Shown: in pieces, positions 1 through 9,595 of the stretch
Position numbering within the stretch: position 1 is the first letter of the stretch
How the letters are laid out: each line of letters opens with the position of its first letter
Assembly (NCBI GenBank): GCA_965205675.1
Contig: OZ242186.1
Location: forward strand, 224,001 to 288,000
DNA length: 64,000 bases
Direction of reading: 5' to 3'
Origin: Nitrosopumilus sp.
Lineage (GTDB): Archaea > Thermoproteota > Nitrososphaeria > Nitrososphaerales > Nitrosopumilaceae
Position numbers and translations under genes: made by a program
Notes under the pieces: generated by a model
What the model saw: the letters and a program-made list of their open reading frames with translations, nothing else
What the model was told of the DNA's origin: nothing
Database searches by the model: none

Positions 1-4
1 CGGC

Positions 5-709
5 ATGACTCCAAAAAAACTGATACAATTCATATTTTACAGAACACGCATTACATATCATATCACTCACGTGCGTCGTTTGATGCATAAATGGAATCTA
101 AAACCAAAGGTTCCACAAAAACTACATGTACGTGCCGCATCCAAGGATGTATGTCGCAAGTGGAAAAACCGCATCATTTCACGCATAGAAAAGGCAAAAA
201 AGAAAGGTTTTACAGTATTTATCCAAGACGAATCAGTATTTGTAGACGATGTACGTCTTGGCAAAAAATACTGGACAGATGCACACCAAAGATTAATTGT
301 GCATTGGAGAGGATCACATCAAAGATTTTTGGTTTATGGAAATGATGATAATCAAAGTTTTTTTAGATCGTATGAAAAATTTAATTCAATTGCATTTATA
401 GATTATTTGGAAGCAGCTCGTAGAAAATTTGGAAAAATATTTGTTATCGTCGATAGAGCACCGCAACACAAAGCTAATGATGTAAAAAAATATCTGCGTA
501 AAAACAAAGATGTTAAACTGGCATATCTTCCAAGAGGTTCTCCACATTTGAGTATGATTGAAGAGATTTGGAGACAGTGCAAACATGTTAATGTTGAATC
601 AGAATTTTATGAATCTATTCATGAAATGAGGTATACAGTTATGGAATATTTTAGAACGCACAAATTTAATTTGAATATGTATCAGTATTTTGCAAGAACA
701 ATAAATTGA
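5..709 (+). mobile_element. IS630-family transposase (winged-HTH + DDE), probably cut at the window edge; element right end near 730
   Basis: QDES / VDRA / IEE catalytic triad and the LPRGSPHLSMIEEIW motif typical of IS630; TATA at 729-732 marks the junction with the truncated gene downstream. Confidence 0.85.
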
Positions 710-715
710 AAAGAC

Positions 716-1329
716 TTATGATCTGGGGTATACACCATCAATTAGTTTTGTTCCAGGTCCACAAATACCAAACTTTTTCTCTTCTACAACTGGCTCTTCT
801 AATCCAACTGCTTGATAAATAGAATCATACTCTGCAAAGTTATCATCAAACCATTTCTTGTAGATTGTCTCTGTATTATACCTGTCAACATAATTCTGTG
901 GATCTTCAGTCTCATCTACAAATGATGCAATTCCTAATTCTTCAAGTTCTACAGGGGGTTCGGACTTTGGTTTGGGTATAGTCTGTGTAGGTATTGTCAT
1001 AACTGGCTTGTCTGAAATTGTTACTGTGATAGTTTCTTTATCTTCAAGTGGACCTGCCTTTACTATAATATCAAAAACATATTCTCCAAATTGAGTACTA
1101 GTTGGTGTCCAAGAAAATGCTTCTGTATCCTTGTTAATTATTGCACCACTTGGGTGTTTTTCTAAACTAAACTCCTCATCTTTAATTTCTGACTCTGTTA
1201 TGCTTGCTGTAAAAGATAATTTTTTGCCTTGATCTACTACTTTATTCCCAATCTCTTTCAAAACTAATTCATAATCTGGCAGTATACTTACAATTCCATT
1301 GTCATATTCAATTTTGATTACAGTTCCAT
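716..1329 (-). pseudogene. Fragment of a thaumarchaeal surface protein (Ig/cadherin-like domain + SFVDxxxDPQxYVDRY domain), cut at both ends by mobile elements
   Basis: FSWTP Ig-like motif; the frame stays open upstream of 1261 up to the MITE at 1330; the CGPGTKLIDGV tail runs into the IS630 end. Confidence 0.65.
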
Positions 1330-1471
1330 TAGACCTCTTGCGTAATTATAGAGATTTTTTCTCAAATTTTGTATTTTAACAGAATTCATACCTGAAAATT
1401 CAAATTTCTCAACCAATTTGAAAAATCCTGCAGCAAAATTCACGCCTAGAAATAATTACGCAAGACGTCTA
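1330..1471. mobile_element. 142-bp MITE
   Basis: TIRs TAGACCTCTTGCGTAATTAT (1330-1349) and ATAATTACGCAAGACGTCTA (1452-1471), 19/20 match; the left 37 bp recur inverted at 32368-32404. Confidence 0.8.
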
Positions 1472-1533
1472 TTAATGATGTTGAGAAAGAATTAAGAAAG
1501 TTAGGATATCTTTAGAATTGTTAGATTTTTAAC

Positions 1534-2676
1534 ATGACAGATTTTAAATCAAAATTCAAGGATGTTTTAGCCGTAGGGACTGGAAATATTTCTGCAAGTG
1601 CGATATCAGCAATATTTTGGCTATACATTGCTGCAATTTTAGGTACAGAGAAATATGGCGAAATTAGTTATCTGTTTGCAATTGCAAATATCGCATATGT
1701 TATAAGTCTTGTAGGTAGTGGTAATACAATTACTGTATTTACAGCAAAAGAAAATAAAATTCAATCTTCAATATATGCAATCGCTGTATTCTTAGGTGTA
1801 ATAACATCATTAGTGATCTTTTTCATTTTCAATAATGAAGCAATATCATTATACATTTTTGGTTCAATAATTTTTGCCATTGCAATTACAGAAATGCTAG
1901 GTAGAAAACTATTTCAAAATTTTATGAAAATTATAATTACACAAAGAATAATCATGACTATACTTTCAATTACATTATACTATCTTATTGATATACAAGG
2001 AATAATTTTGGGTTACGCAATTTCATTTTTACCATATTCAATAATTGTGTTTAAAGGAATGAAAAAAGAATCAATTACAATCACTAAAGTTAAACCAAAA
2101 ATTAATTTTATGCTTCATTCATATGCGTTAAATTTGTCTAGACAATTAAGTCTATCATTAGATAAATTAATTATTTTCCCATTATTTGGATTTACATTAT
2201 TAGGTAATTATCAACTTGGAATACAAGTACTGGCTATAATGACATTAATTCCAACTACAATATTTCAATATCTATTATCACAAAATGCAATTGAACACAA
2301 TAATAAAAAATTGAAAATTTTAGCTATAATTTTTTCAATAATAATAACAGTACTAGCAATTACATTAACACCATTTGTATTACCTATTTTCTTTGAAGGA
2401 TTTACAGAAGCAATTCAAATTACACAAGTAATTAGTTTGTCAGTAATTCCAATTACGATGACGGCAATTTTTAATTCTAAATTTTTATCACTAGAAAAAA
2501 GTAAATTTGTTTTCATTGGATCAGCAATTTTTGTCTCAACACAAATAATTGGTATATACATATTATCAGAATTGATGGGAATTATAGGTGCAGTATATGC
2601 GTTAGTAATTGCATCTATTTTCCAATCAATCTATTTAATAATTTCAAATAAAATAATTTTAAAAAATAATCTATAA
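1534..2676 (+). CDS. Oligosaccharide flippase (Wzx/MATE-like polysaccharide biosynthesis membrane protein)
   Basis: Many TM segments; LGTEKYG and DKLII...LGNY motifs; next to a glycosyltransferase. Confidence 0.75.
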   Translation: MTDFKSKFKDVLAVGTGNISASAISAIFWLYIAAILGTEKYGEISYLFAIANIAYVISLVGSGNTITVFTAKENKIQSSIYAIAVFLGVITSLVIFFIFNNEAISLYIFGSIIFAIAITEMLGRKLFQNFMKIIITQRIIMTILSITLYYLIDIQGIILGYAISFLPYSIIVFKGMKKESITITKVKPKINFMLHSYALNLSRQLSLSLDKLIIFPLFGFTLLGNYQLGIQVLAIMTLIPTTIFQYLLSQNAIEHNNKKLKILAIIFSIIITVLAITLTPFVLPIFFEGFTEAIQITQVISLSVIPITMTAIFNSKFLSLEKSKFVFIGSAIFVSTQIIGIYILSELMGIIGAVYALVIASIFQSIYLIISNKIILKNNL

Positions 2677-2684
2677 TTAGAAAA

Positions 2685-3465
2685 TCACATAGAATTCATA
2701 AATGTTATAAAGTTCTTTTGGAAATTGAAAATATCGAATTTTTTCACATAAGATTGTAATGAAGGTAACAAATGATCAAAATTACCAGATAACGCATCAG
2801 ATATCTTTTGTCTTGCTTCATTAACATCTCCATCTAGATATCGTAATTCATTAAATGGAACAGTTTCTTTATGTCCTCCAACATCAGGCACAATTGGAAT
2901 ACAACCTGCTGCAATACTTTCAACAATAGAAATTCCAAATGTTTCTTTAGAACAATGAAAGTAAATCTTGGATTTGTTTATTTTTTCTACGACATCAGTC
3001 CGATCTAAATTTTTTGACAGATGAATTTTTTTGTAATTTCCAGTTTTAATTATATTTTCTAATTTTTTATAATAAAGAACATTAGATTTAGTCTTGGTGT
3101 TTCCAATAATATCATAATTGTAATCTAAATCTTTCATAACGTTAATTCCAAAATCATGGTGTTTTTCTGCAGAATATCGTCCTAAAGTAACTACAGTATT
3201 TTTCTTTTGAAACGGGTAGAATTCATTCAAAGTTACTGGAGGGTAAATAATTTCTGAGTTTTTGTTGTGTTTTTCTTTAATACTGTTTTGGATGTATTCG
3301 GAATTACTAATTAGATGTATTCTAGAATCATTGATGTTATAAATAAATTTTTGAATCATTGAATAATATAATTTGTAATACAACCCCCTTCTCAATCCTT
3401 TGTATTTTGTATCAGGATTGTCTAATTCATTTGTAAAATCTGCATGACAATAAACAATAATTTTT
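2685..3465 (-). pseudogene. GT4 glycosyltransferase, C-terminal part (interrupted by IS66)
   Basis: IIYPPV, GRYSAEK and ETFGISIVESIAAG motifs; its N-terminal part lies beyond the IS at 4856-5156. Confidence 0.85.
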
Positions 3466-4855
3466 GTAACTGTCTAGAGTTTTGAAGTAAAATCTCCAAG
3501 ATATTCTAAAGAATAATCATGAAAGTTTAATCCTCGTAATCTGCATGTCTCCTTTATACTCATCAGTATCTTATGAGAATCAGCACCATGAATGGTTCTA
3601 TGACCGTTTGTAATTTTACGAATTATCACATTTGGTCTGATTGCCCTCTCTGCTGTGTTATTGTGTGAATCAGTTCCAGTAATTAGGAATGTAAAAAGCA
3701 TTTTTCTCTCACGTTTCAATCTTTTTACAAACCTGATACAGTTTTTCTCTGTGTATTTTTTTGATATGATGTGATTAATTCTCCTTTCAAGATTCTTTTT
3801 TGCATGGATTCTTTCTGATTCTGATTTTATTTTTGCCACACCATGAGAGTCATAAATTATTTTCTTGAGATTCTTGGCAAATGGTGCAAATTCTGGTCCG
3901 GGATTCTTGTGATTAATGGTATCATTAACCTCTCTGAGATAATGGATGTGACATTTCTGGTGAGTGCTTCCAACATGGTTCCATGCAGGGTACGAATCAC
4001 TTGTAATGTTGCCATCATATCCCTTGAGAATTCTCTTGGGAACATCCATTGAACGTGATTTGTCAATCTCGTAAATTACAGTCCATTTACTCACAAATGC
4101 CCACAACCAGTGGTTCTGGCCATCTATCCTCCAACTTGTCTCATCACCATGTATGTTTAGATCTTCTTTTAACTCTACAATCATTGTATCATATCTGCTC
4201 CCAAATGCTTTTGATACTATTGATACTGCATGATTAATTGCAGATTCTGTAATGTGCAGTGAGAAGAGCATCTGCAAAAGATGAGATATTTTACCATACG
4301 ATAATCCGATAGTTTTCAGTGATATGATTAGCACCATGAGCCTAATTCCAAACCTTTCATTTGACAGTACAGTGTGAATGTTACCTGAGATTTGTTTTTT
4401 GCAGTTTGTGCAGTATCGTCTAACTATCGTATATTTTGTCACAACTGCTTTTGCAGGAATGATGTCTTCTACTATTCTGGTGTATGAATCAGTTGGTTCT
4501 GAGAGTGATTTGCCACATGTGTTGCACTCTTTTTGGTCAACTGTAATGGCATCATCAATGTGTGCCCGTCTGCTTCTGCTTTTTCTAGGATGTCTTGATG
4601 TTTTCTTCTTTTTTGCAGTTTCAGTCTTGTTTGGTTTTGCTTTGATATTTCTTGCAACAAGTGTAGACACTGTTTGTTTTAGTTCTGCAATTTCTCTGTG
4701 TAACTGACGGTTTTCTTGCTCCAGCGAGCGACATCTGTTACGATAATATTCCAGCTCATCATATACTGACAATTGTATATTGTAATTTGTCACTGATCAG
4801 AAAAGATATAGATAAAAAATATTAAAGAAAGTACTTCAAAACTCTAGACAGTTAC
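3466..4855 (-). mobile_element. IS66-family element, 1390 bp, single ORF
   Basis: Perfect 24-bp TIRs GTAACTGTCTAGAGTTTTGAAGTA (3466-3489 / 4832-4855); 8-bp TSD TAATTTTT (3458-3465 / 4856-4863). Confidence 0.95.
3474..4793 (-). CDS. IS66 transposase (TnpC-like)
   Basis: Coiled coil, CxxC...CxxC zinc finger, HGDETSW, SDSY, QKCHIHYLR and NNTAERAIRP motifs. Confidence 0.92.
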   Translation of the reverse strand: MTNYNIQLSVYDELEYYRNRCRSLEQENRQLHREIAELKQTVSTLVARNIKAKPNKTETAKKKKTSRHPRKSRSRRAHIDDAITVDQKECNTCGKSLSEPTDSYTRIVEDIIPAKAVVTKYTIVRRYCTNCKKQISGNIHTVLSNERFGIRLMVLIISLKTIGLSYGKISHLLQMLFSLHITESAINHAVSIVSKAFGSRYDTMIVELKEDLNIHGDETSWRIDGQNHWLWAFVSKWTVIYEIDKSRSMDVPKRILKGYDGNITSDSYPAWNHVGSTHQKCHIHYLREVNDTINHKNPGPEFAPFAKNLKKIIYDSHGVAKIKSESERIHAKKNLERRINHIISKKYTEKNCIRFVKRLKRERKMLFTFLITGTDSHNNTAERAIRPNVIIRKITNGHRTIHGADSHKILMSIKETCRLRGLNFHDYSLEYLGDFTSKL

Positions 4856-5156
4856 TAATTTTTTGATTTGAGTTTTTTGGAATTCCTACTCCTCCGGACG
4901 GTTGTATTAACAAATCTTCGTTTTTAGCTTTAGAAATTAATTTTGACTCCATTGCACGCTGAAGTAATCCAAAATATGGAAGAGAGATAGGGATTGTTTT
5001 TTTAATTTTTATTTTTTTAGATTTTATGTTAGGTTTAGAGAATGTATACAAAGTCACATTATGATCAGTTTGTTCTAACGCATCAAGAATTCCACGAAAT
5101 GTTTTTTCAATTCCTCCTCCTCCTCCTACAAATCCATGGATAACTCCAATATTCAT
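4856..5156 (-). pseudogene. GT4 glycosyltransferase, N-terminal part
   Basis: MNIGVIH...GGGIEK GT4 N-terminal motif; the frame runs into the IS66 TIR. Confidence 0.85.
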
Positions 5157-5204
5157 AATATGGAAAACTAAAATGAGGTTTTAAGGTCTTGGATTAAAAA
5201 ACTA

Positions 5205-6869
5205 TTACATTGTTGCTTGAGAAGCATCATGGAACATCTGACTCTTTGCACAACCAGCAGCAAGTTCATCACCTGCTCCACGTCTCATAAGACCTCTGTA
5301 CAAACCATCTTCTAGTTTAACACCTTCTCTTTCTTCCCATTCCTCTACAGTGATAGAGTATTTCTTTTGAATTCTATCTCTATACCATTCTGGAATTACA
5401 TTAAATGCACAGAATGGAACTATTCTAAGGTCTGGAGTTACATAGTGGATATCACATCTTTGTAGTCTTTCTAAATCTTCATTGTATTTGTCTTGAAAGT
5501 GCATCATACCAAGGAATAATCCTTTAACGTGCCATGAACCAACTGAATCAAATGATCTCTTCATCAAGATGTTACCAAACATCTTTGCCAAGTCTAATCC
5601 TGCTGGTTGTTTCTTTGTATCAACAAATCCTTTGAGTTTTCTAACAACCTCAAGCATTGTAAAATACTTGTTTTTACCAGAACGAATTTCTTCTGCTTTA
5701 TCTTCAAATAACTCCAGCATTCCTTGAATATCACAGAATTTTGTTAATGGAACAAATTTCTTTGTGTCTGCATCTTCAAAGATGTATGTTCCTGCACCAC
5801 AAGCAAAGTGAATTGATAATTCATACTTTGGTTTACTTGAGAATGCTTCAATTACATTAGTTAGTGGCATACAACTTGGGACTGGGAACCAATCATCAAC
5901 AGTTACTTCACCATTTGTTTGCTCTTCAATTCTTTGAACACAATCAGGAACTGTAATTCTATATTTTTCACGTTCAGATTTGCCCATCCTTCCAGTTAAT
6001 GATACCGGTTGAAAATTAACTGCATGAACTACATCCATATTCTTTTGTGCATATCTAATAATTCCACCTAATTCATGGTCATTAATTGATTTGATTACTG
6101 TTGGAACAAATACTACAGTGGTACCTGTTTTTCTACAACTATCAAGTGCATAAGGAATTTCCCAATGATTCTTTGGGTTTGTTCTTGCAGTTACACCATC
6201 AAATGAAAGATACAAGTTATTACATCCAGCAAGTCTAACTTCTCTTGCAGCTTCTGGATCCATTGCATGTCGGATACCATTAGTATTCATTTGAATATGG
6301 TCAACTCCTTCTTCTTTCATAATTTGAATAACATCAGCAATATCTTCTCTAAGCATTGGTTCACCGCCAGTGATTTGCATGGAGTTTCCTGGAATTGGTC
6401 TCTCAGCTCTTAGAGTCTTCATCATACCTCTAACTTGGGTATGATCTGGTTCGTACATGTAAGCGCCTTCAAGACCTTTCTTTACATAAAAGAAACAATA
6501 CCAACATGTTAAATCACATCTATTAGTTACAATCATGTTTGCAAGTCCACTGTGTGACAAGTGATTTGAACATAAACCACAATTATTTGGACATGAACAT
6601 TTGTCAATCATTACATTTGGAGCATGAGCACCTTTACCATCCATCCAGTATGTACTGAATTTCTTGTACATTTCATAAGAACCAAAATATAATTCCTCAC
6701 ATTCACCGTGAGTTGGACAAACTTTTGACATGAAGACTTGACTATCTCTCTCAAAGACTTCAGCATCTAGAATCATGTTACAATCAGGACAAATACTTTG
6801 AGTGAATCTAATTGTAGATTTTTTACCTAAATTTTTAGTTGATTGATTGGATATCTGAATTAATGCCAT
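5205..6869 (-). CDS. tes: Radical SAM tetraether lipid synthase (Tes/GDGT-MAS family)
   Basis: N-terminal CPDC...CPTHG, CPNNCGLCSNH, radical-SAM CDLTCWYC and C-terminal RC..PFCAFN, the architecture of the MJ0619/Tes family. Confidence 0.85.
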   Translation of the reverse strand: MALIQISNQSTKNLGKKSTIRFTQSICPDCNMILDAEVFERDSQVFMSKVCPTHGECEELYFGSYEMYKKFSTYWMDGKGAHAPNVMIDKCSCPNNCGLCSNHLSHSGLANMIVTNRCDLTCWYCFFYVKKGLEGAYMYEPDHTQVRGMMKTLRAERPIPGNSMQITGGEPMLREDIADVIQIMKEEGVDHIQMNTNGIRHAMDPEAAREVRLAGCNNLYLSFDGVTARTNPKNHWEIPYALDSCRKTGTTVVFVPTVIKSINDHELGGIIRYAQKNMDVVHAVNFQPVSLTGRMGKSEREKYRITVPDCVQRIEEQTNGEVTVDDWFPVPSCMPLTNVIEAFSSKPKYELSIHFACGAGTYIFEDADTKKFVPLTKFCDIQGMLELFEDKAEEIRSGKNKYFTMLEVVRKLKGFVDTKKQPAGLDLAKMFGNILMKRSFDSVGSWHVKGLFLGMMHFQDKYNEDLERLQRCDIHYVTPDLRIVPFCAFNVIPEWYRDRIQKKYSITVEEWEEREGVKLEDGLYRGLMRRGAGDELAAGCAKSQMFHDASQATM

Positions 6870-6987
6870 ACCTATAATTGGAATTTTTCTGAGATAGTAT
6901 ATAATGCATTACATACTTGCCCTATGGTGGAATTTAGGAAGTAGGCACACCTGATTTAAATACCAAAACTGATCGATTAGATCGCAT

Positions 6988-7755
6988 ATGAGTATATCTG
7001 ATAAAACACAGAAGGCATTAGAAAAAATTGGACTTACTAGTTATGAAATTCGAACATTTTCTGCTTTACTCAAATCAGGAGAATTAACAGCATCAGATCT
7101 TAGCCAAAAATCAGGAGTTCCATATTCAAAAATTTATGAAGTGTTAGGAACTCTAGAAGAAAAAGGGTGGATTGGATCAGATGATTCAAGACCTACAAAA
7201 TATTTTGCAAAATCTCCATCTACAGGATTAGATACTACAAAACAAAAAATGGAAACAGATTTTTCACAGAATCAAAGTGTAATTCTAAATGAACTAGTAC
7301 CACTATACGAGAAAAGTGGGACAAGTGAAAGACCAGATATTTGGGTATTATCAGGTGCAGTTAACATTGCAACGAAAATTTTAGAAATGGTAGAAACATG
7401 TAGAAATGAAGTAATGATTGCATTACCAGAAGCAGGAGTAGAACTAGTAAAACAAGCATTACCAAAATTAAGATCACTTCATGACAAAGGAGTAGAAATT
7501 ACGATTTTAACATCAGATAAAATGGATAAAGAATCAATCAAGGCAATCAAAAGAGTATCTAAAGTAACAATCAAGAAAGGATTATTTGGAGGAGGCATAA
7601 TTTCTGATAAGAGATATGTTGTGATTCTACTAGGACCAGAAATAGGAGGAGTAAATTCTTCAGAAGTGGTTGCAATATGGGCAGATCATGCAGGATTAGC
7701 CAGATTTGCACGCCAATACTTTGAATATTTATTAAAAGATTCCAAGAAGGTATAA
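6988..7755 (+). CDS. TrmB-family transcriptional regulator
   Basis: GLTSYE...SGVPYSKIYEVLGTLEEKGW wHTH plus C-terminal effector domain. Confidence 0.9.
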   Translation: MSISDKTQKALEKIGLTSYEIRTFSALLKSGELTASDLSQKSGVPYSKIYEVLGTLEEKGWIGSDDSRPTKYFAKSPSTGLDTTKQKMETDFSQNQSVILNELVPLYEKSGTSERPDIWVLSGAVNIATKILEMVETCRNEVMIALPEAGVELVKQALPKLRSLHDKGVEITILTSDKMDKESIKAIKRVSKVTIKKGLFGGGIISDKRYVVILLGPEIGGVNSSEVVAIWADHAGLARFARQYFEYLLKDSKKV

Positions 7756-7756
7756 C

Positions 7757-8206
7757 ATGGATGCATTGGATGAAGAAACTCTTTTTGTAGGTACTGCAGA
7801 AGCAGAACATGTAGAAATGTATCTTAAAGCAATTTGGCATATCAAAGAAAGAGGAGAAGACGTAAAAATTAGTACTATTGCAAAGATGCTAAATGTTAGA
7901 CAACCAAGTGTTGTTCAGATGCTCAAAAAATTAAATCTAAAAAACCTTGTAAATTACAATAAAGCAGGTGTAAAACTTACAGAAGATGGGGAGAAGATAG
8001 GTGCAAGTATGATGAGAAATAGTAGATTGTTAGAAGTTCTCATGGACAGTGCATTAAAAGTAGAGGTTGATGAAGAAATGGTTTGTGGAATTGAACATCA
8101 TATGAATAAACAATTTACAGATGCTCTTTGTGTAATGTTAAAGCATCCAAGAAGATGTCCACACGATCATGAAATTCCAATGGGTGAATGTTGTAAATCA
8201 GGATAA
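7757..8206 (+). CDS. DtxR/MntR-family metal-dependent regulator
   Basis: EMYLKAI, V.QPSV..ML, RLLE, EHH and CPH motifs. Confidence 0.9.
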   Translation: MDALDEETLFVGTAEAEHVEMYLKAIWHIKERGEDVKISTIAKMLNVRQPSVVQMLKKLNLKNLVNYNKAGVKLTEDGEKIGASMMRNSRLLEVLMDSALKVEVDEEMVCGIEHHMNKQFTDALCVMLKHPRRCPHDHEIPMGECCKSG

Positions 8207-8256
8207 CTAAAACTACATCCCAAAAGATATATCATCTCAAAAAATTATATTCAAAC

Positions 8257-8421
8257 ATGACATGTTTTTGTGGCTGTAAAACATATGAAAAAAATGAAAA
8301 TGGATTTAAAATTGCATGTATAAAATGCGGACATGGACCACAAAATCACAATGATGAATTTAGAGATGCAGCAAGAAAGAATGAATCACAAAGTCAGAAA
8401 CGTGATGCAGATTTTGGATAA
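8257..8421 (+). CDS. Small Cys/His-rich protein, 54 aa (not in ORF track)
   Basis: Manual translation MTCFCGCKTYEKNENGFKIACIKCGHGPQNHNDEFRDAARKNESQSQKRDADFG. Confidence 0.6.
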   Translation: MTCFCGCKTYEKNENGFKIACIKCGHGPQNHNDEFRDAARKNESQSQKRDADFG

Positions 8422-8975
8422 TTATTTGCCAATGATTTTAATTAAAACCCGTTTTGATCTTTTTCCATCAAATTCATCATAAAAAATTTCTTCCCATGGT
8501 CCAAAATCTAATTCACCATTAGTTATAGCAACTACAACTTCTCTTCCCATTACTTGTCGTTTTAGATGTGCATCAGCATTATCTTCACCTGTGTTGTTAT
8601 GATCATATTGTGTGGTAGGTATAGCGAGAAGCATAAGTTCATGAGTTATTTTTTAGGTGTTTCAATTTGTTTATTCGTATTTACCTATAGGTAAGATCAA
8701 TTGATTTCTAGTTTTTTGAAATTATTTAGTTCGCGAACTTTATCTTTTCGCTATACATGTGGAGCTAATTCTTCTAACCATTTTTCATAATCATGTAATA
8801 ATCCACTTTCATTATCATTAATGAAAACACTTGTTGTGATATGCATAGCATTTACAAGACAAAGACCTCCTTGGATCTTACTTTTTGTTACTGATTTTCT
8901 TACGTTAGAAGTAATGTTAAGAAAAGATCTTCTAGTTTTGACTTCAAAAGTCAAATATTCAGTTAGAGGTTTCAT
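8422..8975 (-). pseudogene. yjbQ: YjbQ/UPF0047 protein split by a MITE
   Basis: The [10 protein letters not shown] half and the [12 protein letters not shown] half rejoin in frame (LAPH-V-PTTQY) when 8622-8753 plus one TA are removed. Confidence 0.9.
8622..8753. mobile_element. 132-bp MITE with TA target duplication (IS630-like)
   Basis: Imperfect TIRs TAGCGAGAAGCATAAGTTC and GAACTTTATCTTTTCGCTA, flanked by TA at 8620-8621 and 8754-8755. Confidence 0.85.
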
Positions 8976-9010
8976 ATTTTAATAATTATCATCATTAATT
9001 AAAATCCTAA

Positions 9011-9072
9011 TGCAGGCTCAGAACTCAAGATCCTCATCATCAATCAAAGGGATATGTACATCATGGCCTGCA
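9011..9072 (-). ncRNA. Candidate C/D-box sRNA; D guide complementary to a tRNA-Leu(CAA) anticodon loop
   Basis: 7-bp terminal stem TGCAGGC/GCCTGCA; C ATGATGT, D' TTGA, C' ATGATGA, D CTGA; 12-nt D guide GGATCTTGAGTT. Confidence 0.75.
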
Positions 9073-9146
9073 AGGCATATTTCAAGCATATTACTATTGA
9101 GTCTTTCAAGAAGCTTGATAAATGGCCAATAATTGGATCATTCAAA

Positions 9147-9563
9147 ATGGTTACAATAGATACTCCTGCATCATTGGAAAGTTTTAGAAGATTTGTCATT
9201 TCAAGTACATGTAAATCTTATGCACCAAGAGCTTATTTAGAAGATTTTGAGGTCTTTGCAGAAAGAGAAGATAGTCTTGGAGCAATTTATGTAGAAGCAG
9301 CTGATAAAGTTACTTTGAAAAAAATTAGAGATATTACATTTGTTAATGGAAAAGATGTCTTGGGAATTATCTATAATTCAAAGAGTGGAAACACTTCTCT
9401 AAAATGGAGACAAATTAGAAGAAACAATGGTAAAGTTACAGGAGAAGCATCTGCAAATTCTTTAACAAATCTATCCGAATCAGGTGTTCTTACTTTGGAA
9501 TGGGTTGAAAATTATCTAAAAAAGAAATCAGAAGAAACAAAAACTGAAGAAACTACAAGCTAA
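9147..9563 (+). CDS. Hypothetical protein
   Basis: Clean ORF; start moved to ATG 9147 because the upstream extension overlaps the sRNA candidate. Confidence 0.7.
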   Translation: MVTIDTPASLESFRRFVISSTCKSYAPRAYLEDFEVFAEREDSLGAIYVEAADKVTLKKIRDITFVNGKDVLGIIYNSKSGNTSLKWRQIRRNNGKVTGEASANSLTNLSESGVLTLEWVENYLKKKSEETKTEETTS

Positions 9564-9595
9564 ACTCTTTTCTTTTTGTAAATTGGATTAATATT

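Noticed and set aside
6914-6942. Imperfect hairpin with a TGGTGGAAT loop in the tes/trmB divergent promoter, with a similar word near 34609
   Set aside because: Short and imperfect; cannot be distinguished from chance without comparative data
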